This document shows, piece after piece, positions 37,223 through 46,973 of a stretch of DNA of 64,000 nt. Each line of letters begins with the position of its first letter. Within the stretch, counting starts at the first letter, position 1. Under the pieces are notes generated by a model. That model did no database searches. It worked only from the letters and a program-made list of their open reading frames with translations, and had not been told where the DNA came from. This stretch comes from Verrucomicrobiia bacterium (lineage in GTDB: Bacteria; Verrucomicrobiota; Verrucomicrobiia; Limisphaerales; UBA1319), in NCBI GenBank assembly GCA_963664225.1, contig OY760937.1, positions 256,001-320,000 of the forward strand, in the 5' to 3' direction. A program made the position numbers and the translations under genes.

Positions 37223-40200
37223 TATCCGTCCGTAATTAAGGATGTCACAAATCGTGCCTGGAGCATGGGCTCAATTCGTAATTAAGGACTGTCACAATAT
37301 TTTGCTTTTCAATTTCTGGTCCGAATCGACCTCACGGCCGTAATAATTTGATTGAATCTTAGGCGTGTCCACGATCCCGTGAAAAGTGTGTTTAGGTTTC
37401 GGGTCGTCTTTTTCGGTTGTTTCCGTGATCATGGTATTTCAAACAACCGATAAAACTTGGAAATGTCCGACAAACCATTCGTGTCGGTGATAAACGTTGG
37501 TCCACCTGTGCCAGGGATTTTATCGCTCACCGGAACCCAATCTTGAGCTGGCAGATTCGTTGACATTTCCAGGCGATAAAAAGCTCCCGCAGCACCAGGG
37601 AACTGCAAAACGACATTCCGGTCTTTCACTTCCATTCCACTGATTAAAAGTTGAGGACGAGGACTCATGTTTAGGATCGACGCTGAAGCCTTGGTCGTGT
37701 TCAAAACGGCGTTCACTGGATTGGCCAAGTTTAGATAGAAGTTTTTGACCGCAGCCGAATCGGGAATTCCATATATTGGGATCGAAACGCATGCGTTTGT
37801 AACCCCGGGTGGCAAAACGAGGGTTCCTGACTTGCCCAGATAATCGCGGCCCGCAGCCGCGTTGCCATTTTGGGTGAAATAATCCACACTGGTTTGTGCG
37901 GCGTTGGTTCCAGACATTTGAATATTAAACAGTGCGTTGGTGATGCTGTCGGAAGCCATGGCCAGCGAGACATTGGTGACTGTAATGCCGCGCAAATTGC
38001 ATTCGAGGAGCGTGCAAGTGGCTGACGCAATTGGAGTTGATGTTGGCGAGCCAAGACTGACATTCAGATAAAATTCCAGGTTGGACCTTATGAGACCTTT
38101 ATCAATAATTACAACCGAATAGGTTTTTCCGGTTGCCCCAGGCTCGAATGTCAGCATTCCTATCAAAGGTGACATATAATCTTGAGAAGAAAGAGCTGTC
38201 CCGTTGATAGTGCGACAATACAGAGTGATTGGCTTAGTGCCAGGCACGTCAAGCATAACGTTAAAGTTGGCCTTAATACCGTTTTGGCGAGGGACAATCA
38301 GATTGCTTACGGATACGGAGGGCATTGGATAAATTGTTTCGGTGGAAACGATTTGGTTATTGGATGGATCGATATCCGGTTCGTTTTGCGAAATCGACGC
38401 CATGAATGGGATCGTCCCGGCTGTTGGAACCGTCGATACAACTGTGATCCCAACACTCGAACCGGACGCCATTGTCCCAACGTTGCAAATGACAACTCCG
38501 TTGGTTTGTGTGAAGGATCCCTGGGTCGAGCGGTTCGTGACAAGCGTTGAGCCATTGGCCAAAATATTGCTGAATGTAACCCCGGTGGCGGTTAAAGGCC
38601 CATCATTCGAAATCTTAAATGTGTTGGTTAGAGTGCCTCCGGCGATTGCCCAATTGTTGGTGGTTTCCAAAATGAGATCGCCCACAGCGGGGATTTTTGA
38701 AGTGCGTAGTAAGAAAAATTGGCAACGGAGTGAGGGAAAAGGGATATTGTAAGGATTTTCTGAAGTGGCAAAAGCCAGGGTTCCGGCCCCGCAACGGGTT
38801 AAGCTGTGAGCGATGCCTGATGCCCCGGGAATGGTGATTTGCCAAAGAACATTGCTCATATTTGTAGAGCAGGCGGCCAGCGTATAATTTGGATAGGGCG
38901 CATAACCGCCCTGGCCGAGGAAATAAGCTCGTCCATTTTCCACATCGGAGGCAACCAAACCAGATGCGGGATATACGCCCAGGTTAGTATTATTTAAAAG
39001 ATCCAGCGCATGTCCATTCGCTGCAATCAACAGATTGTCCTCTGTTTGGAAGTCACCCGCAAAACCGGCAAGATTAGTCAACACACCACCGATGCCAGAG
39101 GCATCAATGCCATATGCGGTAAAGGTCCCATTGACGGCATACAAGGTGGAACCATCTGGAGAGGCCTGAATTTGAAATGGACTTCCAAGGACAGGCCCGA
39201 TCACTTGCGGACGCTTGATCCCATCGTCAAATATGGCCACCTGCTGGCTGTAACTTCCATACCAAGGAGCCATGGACACAGTGATCGAGCGAGGTCGGTC
39301 AGGCAGGGGAGCAAAATCGGCCACGATGTAATTGACATCCATTCCAATATCGAATTGAAAATCGTTCGTCCAGGTCTGAATGTTAATTCGCGCAACGAAT
39401 CTCAGTTGGGTGGTTCCAACATACAAGAATTGGCTGTCGCTGGTTATTGCGATTTTGCCGGGTTCGAAGCCTGTGGGGAGGGATTTCTCCACAGTCCCAG
39501 TTTGCGGATCGATTTGAACAATGCTATTGCTGTAGGCTCCGGTGTTTAGCACTGTGGCGAACAGCTTATCTCTGATCGGATCGTAAACCATATCCCCGAT
39601 GCTCAGGTCGATTTTCTGATAAAACTGGACAAGGCTCGATTGCGCTGCCGAATTGTCAGCCATATCAAGATCCGGCTCATTGGCGGCCACGCGGACATAA
39701 TTCGAGAATGAACCAACGACATCCGGTCGCAGCAGAATGGAGATTTGTGCTGAGGCGCCAGGGGCCAATGTGCCCAATTGTGCCATCACGGTGCCATTAT
39801 TGTTGGAAATGGAGCCTTGGGTTGATGATGTCGATACGAATCTGGCTCCGGCAGGCAGGATGTCCCGCGCAACAATGCCAGTGGCCACGCCAGGGCCTTT
39901 ATTGCTGATGGTAAGGGTGATCGTATAATTCGTCATCAGGGTCGTTAAAGTCGGCGCCGATTGTGTGACCATCAGATCCGCAGGTTGATTGGTTGGCACC
40001 AATGGTGTTTGGATGGAAAATAGCTGCCCTCCTGTGGTGGCAAATGCCAGACCACGATCCCCCCATCGAACCAATTGTTCGGGCGCTCCAATTATGCCTG
40101 TCACCAACATGGATCCCATCAACTCATAGTTGTTCAAGGAATAGGCGGTAATCGTCGTCATGGAGTCATTTGGGATCACTTTCATGTAAAATACGCGGCC

Positions 40201-43200
40201 CGAAGCCATATCAGGACAGAGATGATTTGCATTCCTAGCCAGCCCCGGGAAAGTGGCCACATGTATCATTGATTCCGGATCCACTACCTCGCCCCATGCA
40301 AAAAACAGCAGACCACCGCCAGACCGCATCTCGGGCCCTCCGTCATACGTCAGCACATTAGCGGTTGAGGACACCGCATTGGTGCCATCCAATTGCACGC
40401 GAGTGATGCCTCCATTGTAGCCATAGAAAACATTGGGAGAAAGGGATGGCTGAATTAGAGAAATCTCAGGCGAAATGTTTAGTGCGGTGGCGATGCCGTT
40501 AGAAATGATTTTAACCCCGCGCCCGCTGGGAGTTCCGTAATTATAATGTTGTGAGAGCAGAACTGACTGGGCCTGATCCTGAAGAACAATCATTTCGCTC
40601 AGGTCATAGCTGTAAATCGAGTCTTGAAATGTGACGGCACTCGTCTTCAGGTCCACTTGCACGATGGTTGCTGTGCTTTGGAGATACGCATAAAGGTAGC
40701 GGCCGTCTGGGGAGATCGCCAGGGCGCCAGGTTCTGATCCCACCGCAATGGGATTGCCGGGATGCAGGCTCTCGGGATCGATCTTGACGATGCAGTTTCC
40801 ATAGGTTGTATCAGAGCCAGAAACGCTGGCATAAAGCATGCGATCGACGGGATTATAAATAAGATCATTGGCCTTAAGCAGCAGGTGGGCAACGGAGTTG
40901 GAGGCTGTGGAATCAAGGACCGTGGTCAACCAGCCAGACTCTTTATGCGCCAAATTTGAAGAATCCGACGTTGAGGCAATGCTCACGACATTGGTCAACA
41001 CCCCAAGGTCCTTGGTTCGGACGGTCACTTTCAGTGATGTTTCGCCATGAGGTGGAATTGCGCCGAACAAGGCGACGAGGATGCCGTTATTGTTTTGTGC
41101 TGTGCCCTGGCTGGGTGTGGCGTTCACCAGTGCTGCTCCGGCAGGCAATAGATCAGTCAAGATCACATCCTGAGCGCTCATGCTCCCGGAATTGGTTACG
41201 AGGATGCTATACGATATATCGCTTCCGGGTGTGGCGAGCGCCGGGCCGCTCTGGGTTACGGCCAATTGTGCTGAAGTTGAATCCGCGGCAAACGGGGAGC
41301 GAATCAAAAAGATTTGACCGCCCGTGGTGGCAAAAGCCAGTCCATTTGTTCCCCATCGCACAAGGTTTTTTGCACTGCCAACGATTCCAGGGATTGTTTG
41401 GGATCCTTGCAGAGTGAATGTCTCGATATCGCACGCATAAATGGCCGTTTGGTTTCCTTGTTGTGTTAAAAAGTAAATGATTCCTGCATCCGGATCGGGT
41501 GCGGGTGCTCCGCTGGCCAGTTTTCCCGGAACAGGGTATTGCCCGATGGGTTTCTGTTTCGCAGGGTTAAATGCAGTTCCATTGGAAACGTACATTGACC
41601 CTCCGCTGAGAATGCCGCCAGTTTCAAATCCTGGAACCAAAGCCAGGTCAGCGAGATTTGTCCGTGCAACCTCTCCATCATAAATGAAATCTAGAGGCCC
41701 GAATTGGCATTGTCCGGCAATGGCCAGGCTGGCGGGGCTGTTTGGCAAACCAATCAAGCTGATTGCATAAAAATTATAAGGGTTTTGAGGTAAAGAAAAT
41801 TCCAGGTCGGGCATTTGTGATGCCAGATTCAAGCGCTGGACGGAATAGCCGTTTTTTACGGCGATGTAGATAAATTGATTACTGGCCGAAAGGGCCATTA
41901 AGCCTGGGGCCGTGTCCACGGGGATGAAAGCCTCCACGGTGGCGGAGTAGGGATTGAGCCGCATCACTGTGTTTGATTCGACTGCAGCAGTTGCCGGGAC
42001 GGTCGCGTAAATCCGGTCTGTTCCCGGATCATACACGAGGTTGCTGACAGTGGCATTGAGGGACACAATGGATACAAATCCTACATTAAACGGGTTGCTT
42101 TGCCCCAATGTCTGGCCGCTTTGGGCGCGCACAGCAACATTTGTTGCGGCAGTGTTTATCATGATTGTTCCACTCCACCGCCCATTGGTAAAATGATCTG
42201 TTTGCGTTGGAACCAAGCTGTCCAGTGGCAACCCGATTGGAGATAGCGATGCAATGCCGGAAAAACCATCCAATGTGTCACCGCTTTTGTTCTGCGCCAG
42301 AATCGTAGCCGCAAATGGTTGATTGGCGGTTTGATTCAATGGAATTCGGGCAAAGGCGAAATGATCCAAATGTGTGTCGTGGATCAAAATCGTGCCGCTG
42401 GCATTGACGAAGCCTGATGCGGACGCGGAGACTGTGACCAATTGGTTTTGCCTGGGGCTGGAGCCAGGCGGGACGGTCAATTGGATCACGACCGAAGTCT
42501 GACCGGCTGGCAAGACCACAGTGACTGGAACCTGCAAGAAGCTGGAATCGCTGCCGGCCAGATTGATCACTAAATTGGTTTCGAGAGATCCTGCAATCAT
42601 GATCGTCGCATTGGTTGCATCTCCTGAACCTTCGAATAAACGATCAGGCACCTGCAGAACCAGATCATTTGCCTTGGCGCCAGAGATTGTGATCGATCCA
42701 CTTGCAGTTCCTTCGGAACCCGCGGATGCCGTCACCGTTAACTTTCTGCTGCCTAATATGACAGGGGCATTGGGCGCGTTGAGACTAAAACGGACATTGG
42801 TTTGGCCTGCCGGAATTCGAACATAAAGCGGCACATCCAACAAACTGGGATCGCTTGAACGCAATTCCGCCTGGAAATTCGAACCTGCGGGGACGCCTAT
42901 CGAGAGTTGGGCCTGGTTAGTGATTGTGCCTCCTTGCGGGATTATTTCCGACGGCAAGGTCAATTGCGGCAGCATGGGTGCGCTAAGATTTGTAATGAGG
43001 CCTTGTGTCATCAACGAAAGGGAATTCGAGGCTGTAATGGTGACAAACTGAATGCCGTCGATAACTGAATCGTTAAAATTTGTGAGGTTAAAACGGGCCG
43101 AAACATTGCCAGCCGGAATGGTAACCGTGGACGGTCCACCAATCTTCGATGGATTGTCAGAATTGAGATTGAAAACCAAATCAAAATCAATAGCGCGTGA

Positions 43201-44919
43201 AATGGCAATTGTTGCCGGGTGAATTTCCGACACAGTGCTCAAGGTCGTCGGCGGCAATGTCAGCATGACAGATGTGTTCAGGGTCTCGAATGGATTGCTG
43301 TTTCCAGGATGGCCATTCTCATCATCCACATGCAGGAACACATTGCTGGCGGAAGCGTTGACAGCCAAAAAGCCGCTCCAAACACCGTTCGTCAAGTTGA
43401 CCGCAGCCGGGTAAATCTGAACCGGTGTATAATTGGCAGCAAATGGAAGGCTGAGTTGTGAATTCAAAACACCGAACGACGGGAAAGCTTGAATCCAATC
43501 CATAGCCTGCCGATGGTTAAAGTTGCCTTGCCGTTGATACGACTTATACGCGATTCGAGCCGAAGTTGGCATGCCAATCCAATCGGACGATCGTATAGGA
43601 ACAGGATTGGTTATAAAAAACGGATAGCCCGTTGATGCGCAGAAGAAATCGATCAGCCCATTCGTATGGTTTAGCAAAGACATCGCAATCGGGCTGAGAT
43701 TATTTGGGTTTTCCATTATCGGCCCATCCGACGAGAAATTTGGATAGACTCCAGGGGGGACACCTCCTGGTATTATCGTGAAAACCGATTGGGGTGCGCA
43801 TATTGTGCCGGCGGGAAAAATAAAAGTCCTGACTGGCTGGGGCCAGTGTTCCAAATCATAATAGACTGCCTTCCAGCCAGAGATATCGACTGGGTTTGTG
43901 GATGGATTTGTGAATTCAACTCTCGAGTAATTGCCATTGTCCACTTCTGAAATAACCAGTGGCGGGATCGACAAGATTTGCGCGGAGACAGACACGCTGC
44001 CGTTGAAATCTGCAACTACTTGCTCTGCGCTGTCCCGGGCAGTTATTGTTGCTTTAATTGGAGCGCCCGCTACTTGAGGTGATTCAATGGGATTCCACGA
44101 AAAATGATCGAGCGAGGTAGCCTCCGTGTGCGAACAGATGGCCGACACCAAGACGCTCAACAGGACCGGAAAAATGAATGACTTTCGGCTTGTTTTGATA
44201 ATCTGGGAGAAATCAACGTTCTGGTTGCCAGACTCCGTTTTAAGGCCAGCCTGGCCGCCAATATTAAGCAATTTTTCCTCGCGAAATGAATGCTCCATAA
44301 TGAGTCCTTCAGAAATGTATGTCACGGCCTGCTTGTGGAGGATTGTATGCTTTTCGTTATTCAAGTCAATTATAATACTCCGGCAAAAATTCAAGAAAAG
44401 TGCGGTCTGACAGAGGTCATGAGAAAACATGGAGGCAAAGAGCGTCAAAAAGTGAACTCCTCTCATCGTGATTTGTGACTTTTATGCCCGCTGATGTGTT
44501 TCTGGGGCGTCATTGCAGATTCTTGCTTTAAAGTTTCTTAAAGATGTACGCAAGTTGAGCGGTAATTTTCCTGCCTCTTCCTTCACTTCCTGGGGACTAT
44601 TTACTGGGCCATACGGAAATTGCTACTCTGTGGAAGTCGCAAATGCGTGGGAAAATCTGGTTTTTCGCCAATACAAGTGGATTCGTAAGCGAGTTAAGTG
44701 AGCGGGGAGATGTGTTCCGATACTTCAGATCGTGCCTCCCTGCAGTAAGATGGTCTTGCCGTTTACCTGAGCTCATTTCCAGCCTGTGAATAATCATCAG
44801 AAGATTCCGGAGGAACCTCAAAATAAACCAGGTGTATTTGTGAATTGCGCCATGCCTGGCCCAATCCAGATTTGTGACATACCTCAATTAAATGTGACAT
44901 CCATAATTACGGACGGACA
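37223..44919. mobile_element. Non-autonomous Tn7-like element at the glmS attachment site (7697 bp)
   Basis: 27-bp terminal IRs, 25/27 identical (TATCCGTCCGTAATTAAGGATGTCACA at 37223-37249; TGTCCGTCCGTAATTATGGATGTCACA read inward from 44919). Extra internal copies at 37277-37296 and 44873-44891. The end lies 24 bp from the glmS stop. No tns genes. Confidence 0.8.
37429..44298 (-). CDS. Giant secreted multidomain surface protein (lamin-tail-like domain, Ig-like repeats, 3x beta-propeller + DUF11, 2x Calx-beta, verrucomicrobial C-terminal domain)
   Basis: Signal-like 'FIFPVLLSVLVSAICSHTEA'; 'LVISEV....VEFTNP....VDISGW'; 'VP..V.IPAGQT' repeats; three 'VYDP..D..YA.V...LVRWG..GLAFAT' plus 'DL.VTQS.P...N.GP..A' units; 'DY.T.NG.A.AG.DY'; C-terminal 'YRLEMSTNL...W...FYRL'. 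Start uncertain (ORF open from 44466). Confidence 0.8.
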   Translation of the reverse strand: MEHSFREEKLLNIGGQAGLKTESGNQNVDFSQIIKTSRKSFIFPVLLSVLVSAICSHTEATSLDHFSWNPIESPQVAGAPIKATITARDSAEQVVADFNGSVSVSAQILSIPPLVISEVDNGNYSRVEFTNPSTNPVDISGWKAVYYDLEHWPQPVRTFIFPAGTICAPQSVFTIIPGGVPPGVYPNFSSDGPIMENPNNLSPIAMSLLNHTNGLIDFFCASTGYPFFITNPVPIRSSDWIGMPTSARIAYKSYQRQGNFNHRQAMDWIQAFPSFGVLNSQLSLPFAANYTPVQIYPAAVNLTNGVWSGFLAVNASASNVFLHVDDENGHPGNSNPFETLNTSVMLTLPPTTLSTVSEIHPATIAISRAIDFDLVFNLNSDNPSKIGGPSTVTIPAGNVSARFNLTNFNDSVIDGIQFVTITASNSLSLMTQGLITNLSAPMLPQLTLPSEIIPQGGTITNQAQLSIGVPAGSNFQAELRSSDPSLLDVPLYVRIPAGQTNVRFSLNAPNAPVILGSRKLTVTASAGSEGTASGSITISGAKANDLVLQVPDRLFEGSGDATNATIMIAGSLETNLVINLAGSDSSFLQVPVTVVLPAGQTSVVIQLTVPPGSSPRQNQLVTVSASASGFVNASGTILIHDTHLDHFAFARIPLNQTANQPFAATILAQNKSGDTLDGFSGIASLSPIGLPLDSLVPTQTDHFTNGRWSGTIMINTAATNVAVRAQSGQTLGQSNPFNVGFVSIVSLNATVSNLVYDPGTDRIYATVPATAAVESNTVMRLNPYSATVEAFIPVDTAPGLMALSASNQFIYIAVKNGYSVQRLNLASQMPDLEFSLPQNPYNFYAISLIGLPNSPASLAIAGQCQFGPLDFIYDGEVARTNLADLALVPGFETGGILSGGSMYVSNGTAFNPAKQKPIGQYPVPGKLASGAPAPDPDAGIIYFLTQQGNQTAIYACDIETFTLQGSQTIPGIVGSAKNLVRWGTNGLAFATTGGQIFLIRSPFAADSTSAQLAVTQSGPALATPGSDISYSILVTNSGSMSAQDVILTDLLPAGAALVNATPSQGTAQNNNGILVALFGAIPPHGETSLKVTVRTKDLGVLTNVVSIASTSDSSNLAHKESGWLTTVLDSTASNSVAHLLLKANDLIYNPVDRMLYASVSGSDTTYGNCIVKIDPESLHPGNPIAVGSEPGALAISPDGRYLYAYLQSTATIVQVDLKTSAVTFQDSIYSYDLSEMIVLQDQAQSVLLSQHYNYGTPSGRGVKIISNGIATALNISPEISLIQPSLSPNVFYGYNGGITRVQLDGTNAVSSTANVLTYDGGPEMRSGGGLLFFAWGEVVDPESMIHVATFPGLARNANHLCPDMASGRVFYMKVIPNDSMTTITAYSLNNYELMGSMLVTGIIGAPEQLVRWGDRGLAFATTGGQLFSIQTPLVPTNQPADLMVTQSAPTLTTLMTNYTITLTISNKGPGVATGIVARDILPAGARFVSTSSTQGSISNNNGTVMAQLGTLAPGASAQISILLRPDVVGSFSNYVRVAANEPDLDMADNSAAQSSLVQFYQKIDLSIGDMVYDPIRDKLFATVLNTGAYSNSIVQIDPQTGTVEKSLPTGFEPGKIAITSDSQFLYVGTTQLRFVARINIQTWTNDFQFDIGMDVNYIVADFAPLPDRPRSITVSMAPWYGSYSQQVAIFDDGIKRPQVIGPVLGSPFQIQASPDGSTLYAVNGTFTAYGIDASGIGGVLTNLAGFAGDFQTEDNLLIAANGHALDLLNNTNLGVYPASGLVASDVENGRAYFLGQGGYAPYPNYTLAACSTNMSNVLWQITIPGASGIAHSLTRCGAGTLAFATSENPYNIPFPSLRCQFFLLRTSKIPAVGDLILETTNNWAIAGGTLTNTFKISNDGPLTATGVTFSNILANGSTLVTNRSTQGSFTQTNGVVICNVGTMASGSSVGITVVSTVPTAGTIPFMASISQNEPDIDPSNNQIVSTETIYPMPSVSVSNLIVPRQNGIKANFNVMLDVPGTKPITLYCRTINGTALSSQDYMSPLIGMLTFEPGATGKTYSVVIIDKGLIRSNLEFYLNVSLGSPTSTPIASATCTLLECNLRGITVTNVSLAMASDSITNALFNIQMSGTNAAQTSVDYFTQNGNAAAGRDYLGKSGTLVLPPGVTNACVSIPIYGIPDSAAVKNFYLNLANPVNAVLNTTKASASILNMSPRPQLLISGMEVKDRNVVLQFPGAAGAFYRLEMSTNLPAQDWVPVSDKIPGTGGPTFITDTNGLSDISKFYRLFEIP

Positions 44920-44943
44920 AAGGCACTGTTAACTTCATTTCAT

Positions 44944-44979
44944 TTATTCGACGGTGACGCTTTTGGCCAGGTTGCGGGG
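44944..44979 (-). other. attTn7 TnsD-recognition region (last 12 codons of glmS)
   Basis: CCCCGCAACCTGGCCAAAAGCGTCACCGTCGAATAA encodes PRNLAKSVTVE*, the conserved segment bound by TnsD in canonical Tn7. Confidence 0.75.
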
Positions 44980-46803
44980 CTTATCCACGTCACAGCCGCG
45001 CGCGACGGCGATGTGATAGGCCAGGAGTTGGAGCGGCACGATGGCGAGCAACGGGAACACGGGATCCATGGTGGCGGGAATGGAGATGACGTGATCGGCC
45101 AGGCGCGCCACGTGTTCGTTGCCTTCTGTGGCCAGGGCGATGATGGGGCCTTTGCGGGCTTTGATTTCCTGGAGATTGCTCAGTGTCTTATCATACCAAG
45201 TGCCTGAAGGAGTGAGAATGACCGAGGGTGTGTGCTCGTCGATCAGGGCGATGGGGCCGTGTTTCATTTCCGCAGCGGGATAGCCTTCGGCGTGGATGTA
45301 AGAGATTTCCTTGAGCTTGAGGGCTCCTTCGAGGGAAGCGGGAAAGCAGTATTGTCGGCCGAGAAAGAAGAAGTTTTGGGCGTCCTTGAATTTCAAGGCC
45401 ACGGTTTTAATTTCTTCGGACAGGGTGAGGACTTTTTGAAGTTGCTCGGGGACAGCTTCCAAGGCGTGAATCAGTTCGGCGCCGCGGCCTGATGCAAGCA
45501 TCCGCATGCGTCCCATGAACAGGGCCAGCAGGGCCAGGACGGTGACCTGGGAGGTGAAGGCCTTCGTGGAGGCGACACCGATTTCCGGGCCCGCATGGAG
45601 GTAAATGCCGCCATCGGCTTCGCGTGCGATGGTGCTGCCGACGACGTTGCAAATGGAGAGGACCTTGTGCCCCCGCCTTTTGGATTCGCGCAGGCCGGCG
45701 AGTGTGTCGAGTGTTTCCCCGGATTGTGTAATGGCCAGGACGAGGGTGCTTTTGTCGATGGGCGCGTTGCGGTAGCGAAATTCGCTGGCGTATTCGACTT
45801 CGACCGGGATGTGGGCAAATTCTTCAATGAGGTATTCGCCAAGAAGTGCGGCGTGCCAGCTTGTGCCGCAGGCGATGAGGACGATGCGGTCCACGGCGCG
45901 CAACTCGGCGGCGGTGAGATTTAAACCGCCGAATTTGGCTGTGGCTTCGTCGTGATCGATGCGTCCGCGCAGGGCGTTGGCGACGGTCTGGGGTTGCTCA
46001 AAGATTTCCTTGAGCATGAAATGCGGGAATGCGCCCCGTTCGATGGCCTCGGCGCCGTATTCGATCTGGCTGATCTGGACCTTGGCGGTGTCGGAGCCCA
46101 GGCTGGTGACGTTGAAACGCTCGCGGGTGAGGGTGACGACGTCGTAGTCGTTGAGATAGACCACCTGGCGGGTGTGGGCGACCATGGCACTCGCGTCGCT
46201 GGCCAGAAAGTATTCACCCTGACCCACGCCGACGATGAGCGGGGAACCGCGGCGGGCGCCGACCATGATTCCGGGATGATCGGCGCTGATGACGGCCAGG
46301 CCATAGGTGCCAATCACGTCACGAAGGGCGTCCATGACGGCTTGTGTGAGAATGGCATCCTCCGAAGCGCCTGCGGCTTTGAGTTTTTGATAGCACTCGC
46401 CAATCAAATGGGCCAGGACTTCGCTGTCCGTTTGAGAATGGAAAATGTGTCCAGCCTTGAGCAGACGTTCCTTGAGACGCTCGAAATTCTCAACCACTCC
46501 GTTATGGACCACGGCAATGCGGCCCGATTGGTCGAGATGCGGATGGGCGTTTTCGTCAGACGGTGGTCCGTGCGTGGCCCAGCGGGTATGCCCCAGACCC
46601 AGGGAACCGGTCGGGGAACCAAGCGCCAGACTGCGTGCCAGACCCTCGTCGATTTTTCCGCGTTTTTTGACGGTTTCCAGCCGACTATCTTCGAGCACGG
46701 TGATGCCCGCGCTATCGTAGCCCCGGTATTCGAGCCGTCGGAGGCCTTCCAGCAGGATTGGAGAGGCCGATTTGCTGCCAATATAGCCAACGATTCCGCA
46801 CAT
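44944..46803 (-). CDS. glmS: Glutamine--fructose-6-phosphate aminotransferase
   Basis: 'MCGIVG', 'RLEYRGYDSAG', 'GHTRWATHG', 'QSGET' and 'EGALKLKEISY'; C-terminal 'DKPRNLAKSVTVE'. Confidence 0.99.
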   Translation of the reverse strand: MCGIVGYIGSKSASPILLEGLRRLEYRGYDSAGITVLEDSRLETVKKRGKIDEGLARSLALGSPTGSLGLGHTRWATHGPPSDENAHPHLDQSGRIAVVHNGVVENFERLKERLLKAGHIFHSQTDSEVLAHLIGECYQKLKAAGASEDAILTQAVMDALRDVIGTYGLAVISADHPGIMVGARRGSPLIVGVGQGEYFLASDASAMVAHTRQVVYLNDYDVVTLTRERFNVTSLGSDTAKVQISQIEYGAEAIERGAFPHFMLKEIFEQPQTVANALRGRIDHDEATAKFGGLNLTAAELRAVDRIVLIACGTSWHAALLGEYLIEEFAHIPVEVEYASEFRYRNAPIDKSTLVLAITQSGETLDTLAGLRESKRRGHKVLSICNVVGSTIAREADGGIYLHAGPEIGVASTKAFTSQVTVLALLALFMGRMRMLASGRGAELIHALEAVPEQLQKVLTLSEEIKTVALKFKDAQNFFFLGRQYCFPASLEGALKLKEISYIHAEGYPAAEMKHGPIALIDEHTPSVILTPSGTWYDKTLSNLQEIKARKGPIIALATEGNEHVARLADHVISIPATMDPVFPLLAIVPLQLLAYHIAVARGCDVDKPRNLAKSVTVE

Positions 46804-46973
46804 AATTATTCAACGCGAGAGTTATTTTGTCAGATTCCGTTTATCCGGCTCCATCATGCCAGACGACGCTGTTATAGGATATGGGGGCAGGTCCTGTTTT
46901 ATTGATGATTCTTGCCCTCAACACCCATCTCATGATAGAGTGTGACCAACGATTTGCAAGCGACCAAAATTTT

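Noticed and set aside
44513..44887. Short ORFs 44513-44701 (+) and 44597-44887 (-) as tns genes
   Set aside because: No TnsA/TnsB/TniQ motifs; one starts inside the terminal repeats.
46804..46973. glmS ribozyme upstream of glmS
   Set aside because: The conserved AGCGCC...GACGAGG core is not present on the minus strand.
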